Positions 40,712 to 54,799 of a DNA stretch of 64,000 bases are shown here, piece after piece (positions within the stretch are counted from its first letter, which is position 1; every line of letters starts with the position of its first letter). Source of the stretch: Eledone cirrhosa (lineage: Eukaryota). The position numbers and the translations under genes were made by a program. The stretch covers positions 30,442,001 through 30,506,000 of the forward strand of contig OZ024763.1 in the NCBI GenBank assembly GCA_964016885.1, in the 5' to 3' direction. The notes under the pieces were generated by a model. That model ran no database searches and was not told the origin of the DNA. It saw only the letters and a program-made list of their open reading frames with translations.

Positions 40712-40830
40712 CCATCACCAACATACACACAGAGACAGAACGAATTTTTTTGCCATCACCAACACCACTGCCACCACAACCATCACCAACATCCTCATCA
40801 TCATCATCACCATCAACAACACACACACCA
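38240..40830. repeat. (ATC/ACC/AAC)n low-complexity tract; similar tracts at 48914-49405, 51710-52020, 52765-53577, 56257-56448
   Basis: Degenerate trinucleotide repeats. Confidence 0.95.
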
Positions 40831-41402
40831 CACACACCACACACAGACTCACATTGTATAAAATCTATATTCAAATTTTCTTGCAGAAAACGAAAAAAAA
40901 ATAATAATAAATACTTTTTTAAAATCATACATAAAACTATTTAATTTTTTTTTTTAAGTTTCGATATTTCTTTGTTTTTTAAATTTTAATTTTACCTTCT
41001 TTACATTCTTTTTATTTATTTTTAAATATTACTTCGATTCAAATTTAAGAACTCTTCAAGTTTTATTCAAAATATATTTAAATAAGGAATAATTTTATAA
41101 ATATAATTTTGAAATTTCCATTTTATTTTTACTATTTTACTTTTTTTTGGAAACAATTTCATACCAAATGGTTTTTGGTCTTTATATCTTCTATTCCAAG
41201 AACGTGGTGAGTTGGCGGAGAAGTTAAAGTGTCAGATAGAATGCTTTATGGTATTCGTTATGCCTCTCTGCTCTTCGAGTTCAAATCCCACTGAGGTCAA
41301 CTTTGCCTTTCATCATTTCGAGGTTGATAAAAAAAGTACCAGTCTAGTACTGGGGTTGATTCTTCCTCTATATGTTTCTCATTTCCTCTCTCTCTATCTT
41401 CC

Positions 41403-41435
<33 letters not shown>

Positions 41436-42762
41436 ACCCCTTAGCCTTTGTCAAGGCAGAATTCTAGGAGAAGGAAAACTCTGATATAACACCTGCAACC
41501 CTGATGGTATCCAATGATGTTGACTTGTTCTTCTTTTTGGTAAATATCATCTTGGTTAAGAGAGTGGGACTGGCTTTGTGCAGTGCCTTTGCTCACTATA
41601 AAAGCTTCACGGCACAGGCATTGCTTTATATCTGGAGATCTCTCTGCACTTGTCGTCACATGGTACCATGGGCCCAGCACTATGTGTCAATAATTGTCAC
41701 AAGTGTAGTGTTTGTACCAGAGTTTTCATGTCGCAGGCTGGACTAAAAAGTCACACTTGTTCAGCGCATCGGTAGGGATTCTCCTACATGGATATAAAGT
41801 AGTGGCCGTACTCGAAAACGAGTTGGCAGACACCATGTATGTATGTATGTAAAAGTACCAGTTTAGTACTGGGGTCGATTCTTCCTCTATATCTCTTTCT
41901 CATCAAATTCAATATGTTTGCGGTATTCCTTCTATCTCTCTACATCAGTGATTCTTAACCTAGAGTGCCAGCACCCCAGGTTAAGATGTTACAAGACATC
42001 ACAACCAACAATTCTACCAACCAGTAAGTTCCCAAGACAGCTCAGATCTTAAGGGGCCTAAAAAGATCTTACAAGACACCATGACCAGCATGCTAATAAT
42101 TCTGGCAACCAGTGAGTTCCCAAGACATCTCAGATCTTTAAAGGCCTACAAAGACCCTACAAGAAACACTGAGAAACACTAACAATTCTGGCAATCAGAG
42201 ACTTCCCAAGACAACTCAGATCTTAAGGGGCCTACAAAAACCCTACAAAAACCCTACAAGACATCATGACCAACACACTAATAATTCTGGCAACCAATGA
42301 GTTCCCAAGACAACTCGGATCTTAAAGGGCCTACAAAAACCCTAGAAAGACCCTACAAAACATCATGACCAACACACTAACAATTCTACCAATCCACCAG
42401 CCCTTCACTAAAGGAATACAGGTGACCTCAGTGGGAATTGAACTCAATATAATCAAGAACTGTAACTAAATACTTTCAAGTATTTTGTTGAATGCTCTAA
42501 CAGTTCTGCCAATTAAACTGTTCCTAATTAGCTCGTTAATAAATGAAGGTTAATTATCTTGCAGTAATTAACACACAGTCCCTTTTATATTGATTTGATC
42601 TTTACATTATATTCTACTCCAAAGAACGAGGTCACTGAATATCTAGCATGACATACTTAATGTACAAACATACACATATATATATATACACACACATACA
42701 CACAGGTATACACAGGTATACTCACATATATATACACACACAAACTACACACAGGTACACGC

Positions 42763-42793
<31 letters not shown>

Positions 42794-43007
42794 TATGCAC
42801 ATACATGTGCATATATGCAGACACACATACACAAACATACATGTGTGTATGTATATATATATATATACACATATATGCACATACCTGTGCATATATGCAG
42901 ATACACATACACAAACATACATGTGTGTATGTATATATATATATATATACACATATATGCACATACCTGTGCATATATGCAGACACACATACACAAACAT
43001 ACATGTG

Positions 43008-43063
<56 letters not shown>

Positions 43064-43605
43064 GATAGATATATACATACATAGATATATACATATATAA
43101 AAACACATACATACATACATATATACTAATACACACACACACATATATATATATACATACATATACGCACACACATATATACATACACACACACATATAT
43201 ATACATACATACACACACACACATATACATACATACACACACTCACATATATACACACATGCACACATATACATACATACACACACACACATACATATAT
43301 ACATACACACACACACACACACACGTATATATATATACACACACACACTCATATATACATACATCAATCTAACCCTAGTATACAGTGTCGTTATCTCACC
43401 ATCATCTAATTACAATTTACACAATATCTTACTAATAATATATTATATTATATTTTATCTCTCAATTAATATTAATGAAATGTCTATCGAATGACTACGA
43501 ATAAATTAGGACTGTATATATATATATATGTGTGTGTGTATATGAGTGTGTATATATATATAGATTACATGTGTATGTGCGTGTATATATATATATGTAT
43601 ATATA

Positions 43606-43714
43606 CAGGGTGTCCAAAAAAATGTATACACATTTTTATTACCTGTACAGGCAATATTTATTAGAATGCTGTTGAAGTGTGTACAAATTTTTTTCTTTTT
43701 TGGGGGGCACTCTG
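43606..43714. mobile_element. Mariner-type MITE
   Basis: TA|cagggtgtccaaaaaa ... ttttttggggggcactctg. Confidence 0.6.
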
Positions 43715-44066
43715 CGTGTGTATATATATATTCATTTCATTTCATTTAACGTCCACTTTTCCCTGCTTGCAAGGGTGAGACGGGAACTGATTTGGCTTGA
43801 TTTCTACAGCTGGATGCCCTTCCTAACACCAACCTCATTTACAGTGAGTGCTGGGTGCGTTTTTGCCGTGGCACCTCCACGACCACTTTGCAGTGGAATG
43901 ATATGGACCCCAGTCCCTATCATCTCATTTCTACAGCTGAGTAAACTGGAGCAATGTGAAATAAAGTGTCTTGCTCAAGGAAACAACACATCACCCGGTC
44001 TGAGAATTGAACTCACAACCTTTCGATTGCAAGGCCAATGCTCTAACCACTGAGCCATGTGCCTCC

Positions 44067-44101
<35 letters not shown>

Positions 44102-44429
44102 GAAGTGTATGGGTGTATATGTGTGGATGTAGGTGTGTAGATGTAGGTGTGTGTGTGAATGTATTATTTTAGGGGCCAATGCTTTGCTTTCAAAAAATAC
44201 CTGAAATCTAAGAGAAACAATAAAATTTTTAAAAAAATAAATAAAACAATTAAGCAAAGCATTTGGTCAACCAACTCCCCAGGGAATTACTAGAAACCAA
44301 AATATATGATAGTGCAAATAGCTGGAATCAGTGGTTGTACATTCTACTAAATCTAAAGCTTAGTGTATTCATCCATGCATGCAAATGAAACAAAACAAGG
44401 ATGTAGTTTATGGAACAGCCAAATGATTT

Positions 44430-44864
44430 AGAAGTCGACCAATAACATTTAGAAGTAGGAGCAATAACATTAAGAAAGACATGAACGACACCACAACACT
44501 TTGTTTTGAAAATTTTGAAAGATTTTTGTAGTTGTCTCTGTGGCCTAGCGGTAGGTACTAGAGATGTTGAGATCCTGCCCTTGGGTTCAACCCTGGTCAA
44601 GAGATACATGTAAACTTTTTCAGTTATTTTACAACCAATAGAAAAAAACTGAAAAGGTTTACCGGGAACCCTACTCCCAACCAGTATCGAACTTCAAACC
44701 AGGATCACCACTGTCTGTGATTCCTCCAACTAGGCCACCAAGACAGCTACAAAAGTAGAATGAAAATTGATAATTATAAACCTACTTTCAAAATCAAAGT
44801 TAAAAAGATGTGGTGTTGTTCTTGGCTTTCCTAGAGCTGTTAGTAATATTTTGGGTCGACTTCT
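44430..44864. mobile_element. Fold-back element with convergent tRNA-like segments in both arms
   Basis: Imperfect long inverted repeats (agaagtcgacc / ggtcgacttct; ttttgtagttgtctctgtggcctag / ctaggccaccaagacagctacaaaa), each with A- and B-box-like motifs. Confidence 0.65.
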
Positions 44865-44869
44865 GGTCA

Positions 44870-45497
44870 TTATTGAAAGTCTCTGGAGGGCGGTGGATTG
44901 GCAGTATCGGTAGAGGGTCGGACGCCATGCTTTCCAGCATAGTTACGTCCCTTTACGATCTGAGTTCAAATCCCGCCGAGGTTGACTTTGCCTTTCATCC
45001 TTACGGGGTCGATAAAATAAAGTAACAGTAATGCACTGGGTATTTGCTGGCCTTGTGCCTAAAGTAGAAACAATTATTGAAAGTCTCTGGAGGGCGGTGG
45101 ATTGGCAGTATCGGTAGAGGGTCGGACGCCATGCTATCCAGCATAGTTACGTCCCTTTACGATCTGAGTTCAAATCCCGCCGAGGTTGACTTTGCCTTTC
45201 ATCCTTACGGGGTCGATAAAATAAAGTACCAGTAATGCACTGGGTATTTGCTGGCCTTGTGCCTAAAGTAGAAACAATTATTGAAAGTCTCTGGAGGGCG
45301 GTGGATTGGCAGTATCGGTAGAGGGTCGGACGCCATGCTTTCCAGCATAGTTACGTCCCTTTACGATCTGAGTTCAAATCCCGCCGAGGTTGACTTTGCC
45401 TTTCATCCTTACGGGGTCGATAAAATAAAGTACCAGTAATGCACTGGGTAATTGCTGGCCTTGTGCCTAAAGTAGAAACAATTATTGAAAGTCTCTG
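44870..45497 (+). mobile_element. Three head-to-tail 206-bp copies of a Nin/Deu-domain tRNA-SINE; other copies at 9500-9650, 13010-13130, 35695-35880, 37272-37452, 41203-41365, 47160-47810, 48247-48555, 55905-56250, 56915-57500
   Basis: A box tggcagtatcgg, B box gagttcaaatcc, Nin-like gcctttcatccttacggggtcgataaa block; near-identical units. Confidence 0.9.
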
Positions 45498-45699
45498 GAT
45501 TTCGCCAAATACATATTTTTTATTGGAGAAGGTAAGATATTTTTCCGCAAAAATTTGATTGCACTGTTTTGTTTCCAAATGTTATTTATTCCTTATAAAA
45601 ATTAAATGATAGCATTCAATATGTAGGTGGGCCCCCTTCATCTCCAGGCAACCAATATTTTTAGACCCAGTTCGCCACTGTATATATATATATGATACA

Positions 45700-45866
45700 C
45701 CGTATTTCCTGACACCAAAGGAGCGTCGTCCTCAAGGACGCACCATAATTTTGACAACTAAAAATTTGAAAAAAAATAATTAACAACCTTCGGTATCCAG
45801 GACACATGGTAGATCTTTGAGACTTATTCCAGGAAAAAAGTTGCGTCTTTGACGCCGGAAAATATA

Positions 45867-45867
<1 letters not shown>
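45700..45867. mobile_element. pogo/Tc2-like MITE
   Basis: TIRs ccgtatttcctgacaccaaag / ctttgacgccggaaaatatag followed by TA. Confidence 0.65.
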
Positions 45868-45902
<35 letters not shown>

Positions 45903-45905
<3 letters not shown>

Positions 45906-46475
45906 AGGAATCAAATGCTGTGTGCAGGAGAGGAGGATGTGTTGGTATGGACATGTGATGCGTATGAAGGATGACAGCTGCATAAAAGGTGCAGAGCACT
46001 AAAAGTTGATGGAAGCCGTGGAGTGGGGGGACCCAAGAAGACCTGGGATGAGGTGATAAAAGCTGTCTGTGCCCAATTGCACCTTTCAAAGGCGATGACA
46101 CAGGACCGAGACCTCTGGCGTCACATAGTAATATAGAAGACCCGACTTCCCACAGGTACAAGCCGAAGCTGAAGCATATAGACAATATGCCCTGACCCCC
46201 ACCCACTGTAAAGTGGACGTGTAGGCGCCACAGCAAAAGAAGCACCCAGCCCACACTGTAAAATGGATGTGTAGGCGCCACAGAAAAGAAGCACCCAGCA
46301 CTCACTGTAAATGAGGTTGGTATTAGGAAGGCCATTCACCTGTAGAAATCAAACCAAAATCAGTTCCCGTATGAGCAAGATAAGGTCAGCCAACCTAACA
46401 TTGCCCACAACAGGACAATCCGTCTAACCCATGCTAGTGTGGAAGAATCGGCGTAAAACGGTGATGATGATGATA
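45903..46475 (+). mobile_element. Diverged RTE family A 3' fragment
   Basis: Reverse-complement similarity to 946-1510. Confidence 0.85.
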
Positions 46476-48558
46476 TATATATATAAACCTACTACAGTCA
46501 GTAGGCATCTCTAACAAAATACAACATCCAGTCCAAAACAAATGTGGCCGTGTAGGTGTCACGACAAAAAAACACACAGTCCACGCTGTAATGTGGCCGT
46601 GTAGGCAACACGGTAAAAACCTCCCAGCCCCACACTGTAAATGCGGTTGGTGTTAGGAAGGGCATCCAGCTGTAGAAAACCCGCCAGACAGTCCTATGCG
46701 AGCAAGACAACCACTCTTGCCTCAAGTGGGAAAACCCCCGTCCAAACCCATGCAAGCGTGGAACACGGACGTTAAACGATGATGATGATATATATCATTG
46801 GCTATGGTATGAATAAGTTCTTAATTATTGATTTAATGCTCTCCTTCAGACTGTCAGAGGAGCACATCATATAGTTATGTGCCAGGTATTGGCACAGTGT
46901 CCTCTGGCTAAGCTATACACTACATAGTAGTGGGAGCTATGAAAACATCTTAAGAAGATTCAGCTCCACTTCACAACAACACACACTTCACTTCACTTAC
47001 AACTGAAAAGCTTTCTTTTTTTTTAACCAAATAATACACTAATCTCCAAAGTATTGAATTATTATCGATGGTTTTACACAGTAAATATGTCATGTTCTGG
47101 ATCTTCTACTGCCTATCGGGTCTCCACAAAGGCCTTAGACCAGGGGTGTGCAACATATTCCACAAAGCATAGTGTCCGACACTCTACTTATACTGCCTCT
47201 GATATAGACACAAGGCCAACATTTTATGGGAGAAGGAAAGTCGATTAAATCAACATCAGTGTATTACTGGTACTTTATGTTATCAACCCTGAAAGGATGA
47301 AAGGCAAAGTTAACCTCGGCTGGATTTGAACTCAGAATGTAAAGAGCCATAACTCTATGCCACAAAACATAGTGTCCGACACTCTACCTATACTGCCTCT
47401 GATATAGACACAAGGCCAACATTTTATGGGAGAAGGAAAGTCGATTAAATCAACCCCAGTATATTACTGGTACTTTATGTTATCAACCCTGTAAGGATGA
47501 AATGCAAAGTTAACCTCGGCTGGATTTGAACCCAGAATGTAAAGAGCCATAACTCTATGCCACAAAGCATAGTGTCCGATACTCTACCTATACTCCCTCT
47601 GATATAGACACAAGGCTAACAATTTGGTTGGGGGAGGGAAAGTCGATTAAATCAACCCCACTGTATTACTGGTACTTTATGTTATCAACCCTGTAAGGAT
47701 GAAAGGCAAAGTTAACCTTGGCAGGATTTGAACTCAGAACGTAAAGGGCCGTAACTAAATGCTGCAAAGTATGTTGTTCGACGCTCTACCGATTCTGCCA
47801 ATCCAGAACCCTAGAAGTGAAAATAATAGGTATCATATTTCTAAAAACTGTTTGACTGATGCCAACTTTTATCAGCCATTATTGGCAAATCTGATAATTC
47901 GGAAATCCAATATGTTTATTCCGTGAAAGCAAAAGCACCCCACTTCTTTTTTGCTGAAGAATATCACTGGATCTTGGAGATGGAATCTGAAGCTGAGGAA
48001 ATAGACTTTACAGACATGATTAATTATAATTTCAGTTTTGGGAATTCTTCATTTTCAGAATATTTTTTTTTCACCAGCTAAACTGATTAAAAGGAACAGA
48101 AAAGAATTGTTGCTAACCTTTTTCGGTTACCTAAATTTTTAATAAGGAAGAGGAGAATGAGGGGAAGAAGGGGAGGGGGGAGGAAGAGGAGAATGAGGAG
48201 AATGGGGGGGGGGGGCAGATAAAGCAAGAAGAAGGAGTAGGAAGAGGATTTGAACTCAGACTATAAAGGGGTGTAACTCTATGCTGCAAAGCATGGTGTC
48301 CGACTCTCTACCGATACTGCCAATCCCCATTAATAATAATGGTTTCTTATTTAGGCACAAGGCCAGCAATTGGGGGGGGGGGGGGGGGGGTTGATGAAAT
48401 TGACCCCAGTGCGTGGCTGGTACTTTATTTTATCGACCCCGTAAGGATGAAAGGCAAAGTTAACCTCGGCGGGATTTGAACTCAAATCATAAAGGGCCAT
48501 AACTCTATGCGGCAAAGCATGGCGTCCGACTCTCTAACGATACTGCCAATCCCCCTTA

Positions 48559-48597
<39 letters not shown>

Positions 48598-49271
48598 TAT
48601 TTCAGTATTTTTCTTTCTCTCACCCTTCATGTATGATTAATCTATTTGACTGCTTTCTTTGTTTTTGTTATGTAACTGTGAAAGAATCACCTTTAATTAA
48701 CTCACCTGCTATTGTTTTTATTCAATCAATGATTTCTATTATATTTCTATGAAACAAAAACAAAAAACGAAGAAAAAAGAGCAAAACCAAACGAGTTCTT
48801 TCTTATTCTGATATATTCGTCAGACAGATTGTTACGAAATAATTACCTATTTTAAACAAATAATTTTCTCTAAAAATCCGAAATTAAGCTTCAGTGTAAG
48901 GCAAAGCCATAATTATCATCATCATCATCATCATCATTATCATCATTGTCATCACCACCATCACCATCATCGTCACAACCACAACCATCATCACCACCAC
49001 CAGCATTATCACAATCATCATTGTCAACATCATCATCATCATCATCACCATCACAACCACCAACATCATCACCATCAGCATCATCGTCACAACCACAAAC
49101 CATCATCACCAACATCACCACCACCAACAGCATCATCATGATCACCATCATTACCACCTCCATCATCATCATCATCATCATAACTACCAACATCATCATC
49201 ATTGTCATCAACCATCACCATCATCATCACAACCATCAACATCATCACCATCACCACCACCAACATCATTG

Positions 49272-49304
<33 letters not shown>

Positions 49305-50066
49305 CAACCACCAACATCATCATTGTCATCATCACTACAAACACCACCATCATCATCATCACCACCACTGCAGCCAGCACTACCACCACCATCATCATCA
49401 TCATAATTGTTTCTGTTATTAAAATAATGGTTTCTTATTTTGGCACAGAAACCATTAAAGTACCAGTAATGTACTGGGTAATTGCTGGCCTTGTGCCAAA
49501 AGTAGAAACAATTATTATATATATATGGTTTAGTGGTTAGAGCATTGGCCTTGCAATCGAAAGGTTGTGAGTTCAATTCTCAGACCGGGTGATGCGTTGT
49601 TTCCTTGAGCAAGACACTTTATTTCACATTGCTCCAGTTTACTCAGCTGTAGAAATGAGATGATAGGAACTGGGGTCCTTATCATTCCACTGTAAAGTGG
49701 ACGTGGAGGTGCCACGGCAAAAAAAAGCTCCCAGCACTCACTGTAAAGTGGTTGTGGAGGTGCCACGGAATAAAAGCACCCATCACTCACTGTAAATGAG
49801 GTTGGTGTTAGGAAGGGCCTCCCGCTGGAGAAATCAAGCCAGAATCAGTTCCCATCCCACCCTTGCAAGCAGGGAAAAGCAGACGTAAAATGATGATGAG
49901 GAAATGATGATGATTATATAAAGCACCAGTGACTTACTGGCGTCGATTTAATCAACTTTCTCCTCCTAGATATATATATATATATATCTCCTTTCTAGAT
50001 ATATATATATATATATATATTATAAAATAACAGGAGGCTGGACTGGTGTTCCTTAAAAGGTTTATT

Positions 50067-50124
50067 ATACTATGATCATTTCAATAACCGGGTTCAGTAT
50101 GAATCCGGTGACATCATCAGGTAT
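50067..50124 (-). ncRNA. Minimal type-I hammerhead motif in a TA-flanked element (50020-50290)
   Basis: atac-CTGATGA-tgtcaccgg...ccggttatt-GAAA-tgatca-TA-gtat; palindromic ATGATCAT stem III. Confidence 0.82.
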
Positions 50125-50367
50125 TCGAAATATAACAAAGGAATATAATAGACAAAATCTATGGGGCTGAAAATCAGAGACATGAGGGCGACCGAACATT
50201 TAGCAGCTTCTAGCTCGGTCGGTCGCCCTCAAGGTTGACTATACGGAATGACCAGTTCTATCCAGTGGTGAACCAACAAACCTAAATAAATATATATATA
50301 TATATGTATACACAAACATACACACACATACATGTAGACATACACAAACATACATATATATATATAT

Positions 50368-50898
50368 ATAAAATAAAATAAAATAAATAAGTCAAATATT
50401 TAAAATTTGGCTTCGTTTATTCCTGTTATATATATTTCGGTGACAGCCATCTTTGGCTGTGACCTCTTCAGGCAGTCCGAATTAGTGTGGTATAGACAAG
50501 TACCCATGTTGTTGAGGTGTTAAATTTTGTCAATACCCTGATATGCCCAGTTCCTGGTTGGGTTGTTATTTCTCATGATTCCAGTTCCTCAGAGAAATAA
50601 CAACCCAACCAGGAACTGGACATATCAGGGTATTGACAAAGTTTAAACACCTCAACAACATGGGTACTCGTCTCTACCACACTAATTCGGACTGCCTGAA
50701 GAGGTCACAGCCAAAGATGGCTGTCACCGAAATATATATAGCAGTAATAAACGAAGCCAAATTTAAATATTTGACTTATTTATTTTATTTTATTTTATTT
50801 TACATTACTCCAGTGTAACCAAACCAACCTGCGCACTTCGTCGAGTGCTCCAATCTGCATACTGAGGTGTCTGTAAACAACCAACATATACTCAAAAT
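50368..50898 (+). mobile_element. Fold-back hammerhead element (arms 50368-50574 / 50592-50800; HHRs 50691-50745(+) and 50422-50476(-))
   Basis: actgc-CTGAAGA-ggtcacagcca-aaga-tggctgtcacc-GAAA-tatata-TA-gcagt; tail ACTC(50807)...GAGTGC(50843). Confidence 0.9.
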
Positions 50899-51030
50899 AT
50901 ATATATATATATATATATATATGGGCCTTCCAATTTCATTTTACATTATATACATGTTTGTGTATATTTTAATTATTTTAAGATTATTTTTAAGTGAACA
51001 TGTTTTTTAAAAAAATAGTTTTAAGTGAAC

Positions 51031-51058
51031 GTGACCCAACGGGTCATGAGTGATCTAG
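51031..51058 (+). mobile_element. Helitron 3' terminus
   Basis: Hairpin tgaccc-aac-gggtca, 8 nt, then CTAG|T. Confidence 0.55.
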
Positions 51059-52800
51059 TATATTTATAAAGTACCAGTGACATACTGGGGTCGATTTAAT
51101 CGACTTTCCCCTCCCCGTTGTGTCTAAACCAGAAACCACTATTATTCTTATTGTTGTTCCTGTTGTTGTTCTCCCCAATTAAACAATGTAACAACTGTCA
51201 ATCTTTAACTCACTAATTATATTACATCTTATATTATTGTTTTATTTGGATTTTCATTTCATTTTATTTATTTATTTATTTATTTATTTTATTTATTTAT
51301 TTCAATTCTTTATTTTTATTTCTTTATTTTTTATTTTTTGTTTTAATTTAATTTATTTTATTTATTTTGTATTTTATTTTGTTTTATTTTTAATTATTGT
51401 ATTTTCTTTTTTATTTTATTTATCTCGTTTCCTCTCGTTATCTATTTTTCCCCAACAGTAAATTGTTGACTAAAACCGTCTAATTAGTTTTTCAATCAGA
51501 TCTATCAGTCATTGTGAGACGGCTTCCTTATATATTATTATATTTTTACAAGTAAAAATCTTCATTTTCACCTTTAATCAGTTATTAACAATGGTTGGAA
51601 GGAGAGATAAAGGTGTGACTAAATTGGCAGAGTCAGTAGAGTGTCAGATAGAATGGTTTGTGGTAAATGTTCCAGGTCTCTCTCTCTGTGAGTTCAAATC
51701 CCAGCACTGCCATCATCAACATCACTGCCATCACCAACAACAACACCACCAACAACAACAACACCACCAATAACACCACCACCAATACCATCACCACCAA
51801 CACTGCCATCACCACTAACAACAACAACAACACCAACACTGCCATCACCACTAACAACAACAACACCACCAATGCCATCACTGCCACCAACACCACCACC
51901 AATACCATCACCACCACCACCACTAACAACAACACCACCACCACCAACACCATAATACCAACACCATCATTGCCATCACCAACACCAACACCACCACCAT
52001 CACCAACAACACCACCATCAATGTGAGTGGGTGTATGTAGATGCATGTATAAATGTGTGTGTGTGCATATGAACAAGTGTTGTGTATTTGTATATATGCA
52101 AATGTGTGTGTATATACACACATACACACAAACGGAATCTTTACAAGAGTTATAGTAACATACACTAAGAATCATTACAATTGTATTTGATGCAAACACA
52201 CACACAAGCACATATACACAAGCAAACACACGCACACACAAACACTAATTCACAAGCACATACACAGAAACAAGTACAAACACACCCATACACACACACA
52301 CACAAACACATACTCACACAAACACACTCGCAAGCACACACACACATACACACATAATCACACAAACACAAGCACTCACTAACACGCATAAACACACACA
52401 CTTGCAAGCAAACCTAAACACTCACACACAACCAAACACACACACACACTCGCAAGCACACACTCACTCACACACAAACATACATACAAACACACAAACA
52501 TACATACAAACACACACACAAACACACACAGACAGAACCATCACAACAGTTACAAAACTAATTCCAAAGTACTGCCAAGAAATATGGCCGACAAATGGTA
52601 CAAGTGAATTAATACAAAAAGGGTTAAAGTAGCGCGCTCGTTTCATTGTCAGTTCTTAAACTCTTAACGAGCAAGCTAATTAATTATTTATCCATATAAG
52701 AAACATGTCAAATGTTTAAGATATGATTCTGATGTAATTTACATCTGGGATGCTGGAGAAATGTAGTGGTAGTAGTAGTAGTCGTAGCAGCAGCGGCAGC

Positions 52801-52832
<32 letters not shown>

Positions 52833-53174
52833 CAGTAGTAGTAGTAGTAGTAGTAGTAGCAGTAGTAGTAGAAAATTATGAAGGTGATGGTGGAAGAAAA
52901 TGGACAGAGAAATGATGATGGTGGTGGTGATAGTGTTGGTGGTGGTGGTGGTGGTGGTGGTGATCATGGTGATGGTGCTGGTGATCATGGTGGTGGCGAT
53001 GATGGTGGTGGTGGTGATGATGATGGTGAAGGTGATGGTGATGAAGGTGCTGGTGAAGCTGGTGGTAGTGGTAGCGTAAGAAAAATGGACATACAAATGA
53101 TGATGTGATGATGGTGGTGATGATGGTGGTGATGATGATGATGATTGCAATGACGGTGATAGTAATCATGATGT

Positions 53175-53205
<31 letters not shown>

Positions 53206-54315
53206 AGTGGTGAGTATGACATTGGTGGTGATGACGATGGCAATGACTACCACCACCACCATCATCACTACCACCACCACCACCACCACTGCCACCACCA
53301 CCACCACCACCATCATCACTACCACCACCACCAGCGCCGCCACCACCACCGGCACTACTGCCACCACCACCACCATCACCGCCACCACCACCGCCACCGC
53401 CACCGGCACCACTGCCACCACCACCACCACCACCATCATCACTACCACCACCACCGCCACCACCACCGGCACCACTGCCACCACCACCACCATCACCACC
53501 ACCACCACCACCACCGCCACCGCCACCGGCACCACTGCCACCACCATCACCACCGCCACCACCACCATCACCATCATGTCCTATATTAAAGCAGGCAACC
53601 AATTGTCATTTGAATAACAATATGAACATTTTTTCTTGAAATTAAAAAGACAGAAAAGACGAAAATGCTAATAAATTATTAGCATTATTATCATTATCAT
53701 TATCATTATCACTATCATTATTACCATTATCACTATTAGCATTATCATTATTATTATTATCATTATTATTGCTGTTAAAATTGAATATTTAATGAAGGGT
53801 AATGCATGTGAGAGCCACTTTGTTCTAGATGGTGGTGTGGCTAATAGAACGGTGGTGGCGGTGGTGGTGGTGGTGTAGCTAATAGAATGGTGGTGGTAGT
53901 GTAGCTAATAGAACGGTGGTGGTGGTGGTGTGGCTAATAGAACGGTGGTGGTGGTGGTGTAGCTAATAGAATGGTGGTGGTGGTGTAGCTAATAGAACGG
54001 TGGTGGTGGTGGTGTAGCTAATAGAACGGTGGTGGTGGTGATGTAGCTAATAGAATGGTGGTGGTGATGGTGGTGGTGGTGGTGGTGGTGTATCTAATAG
54101 AATGGTGGTGGTGGTGTAGCTAATAGAATGGTGGTGGAGGAGGTGGTGAAGGATAATGGTAGCACTGTTAATGGCCAGAGCTTCCATATGTATGTGTGTA
54201 CATGTATGTATATATATATATAAAAATATATGCATGTCTGTATATATATATATTTTATATATATATTTTATATATATATATATATTTTATATATATATAT
54301 TATATATATATATTT

Positions 54316-54349
<34 letters not shown>

Positions 54350-54750
54350 TATATATATATATATTATATATATATATATATTATATATATATTTTATATA
54401 TATATATATTATATATATATATATTATATATATATATATTATATATATATTTTATATATATATATATTATATATATATTTTATATATATATATATTATAT
54501 ATATATTATATATATATATATTATATATATATTATATATATATATATTATATATATATTATATATATATATATTATATATATATTATATATATATTTTAT
54601 ATATATATTATATATATATATATTATATATATATTATATATATATATATATTATATATATATTATATATATATTTTATATATATATATTATATATATTTT
54701 ATATATATATATAATATATATATTTTATATATATATATGTATATTTTATA

Positions 54751-54799
<49 letters not shown>

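Noticed and set aside
47870-48060. Possible hAT transposase C-terminal remnant (LEMESEAEEIDFTDMI)
   Set aside because: Too short and degenerate to support without a database search.
50180-50235. Possible SECIS (ATGA-stem-AA)
   Set aside because: Lacks the 3' GA of the kink-turn on either strand.
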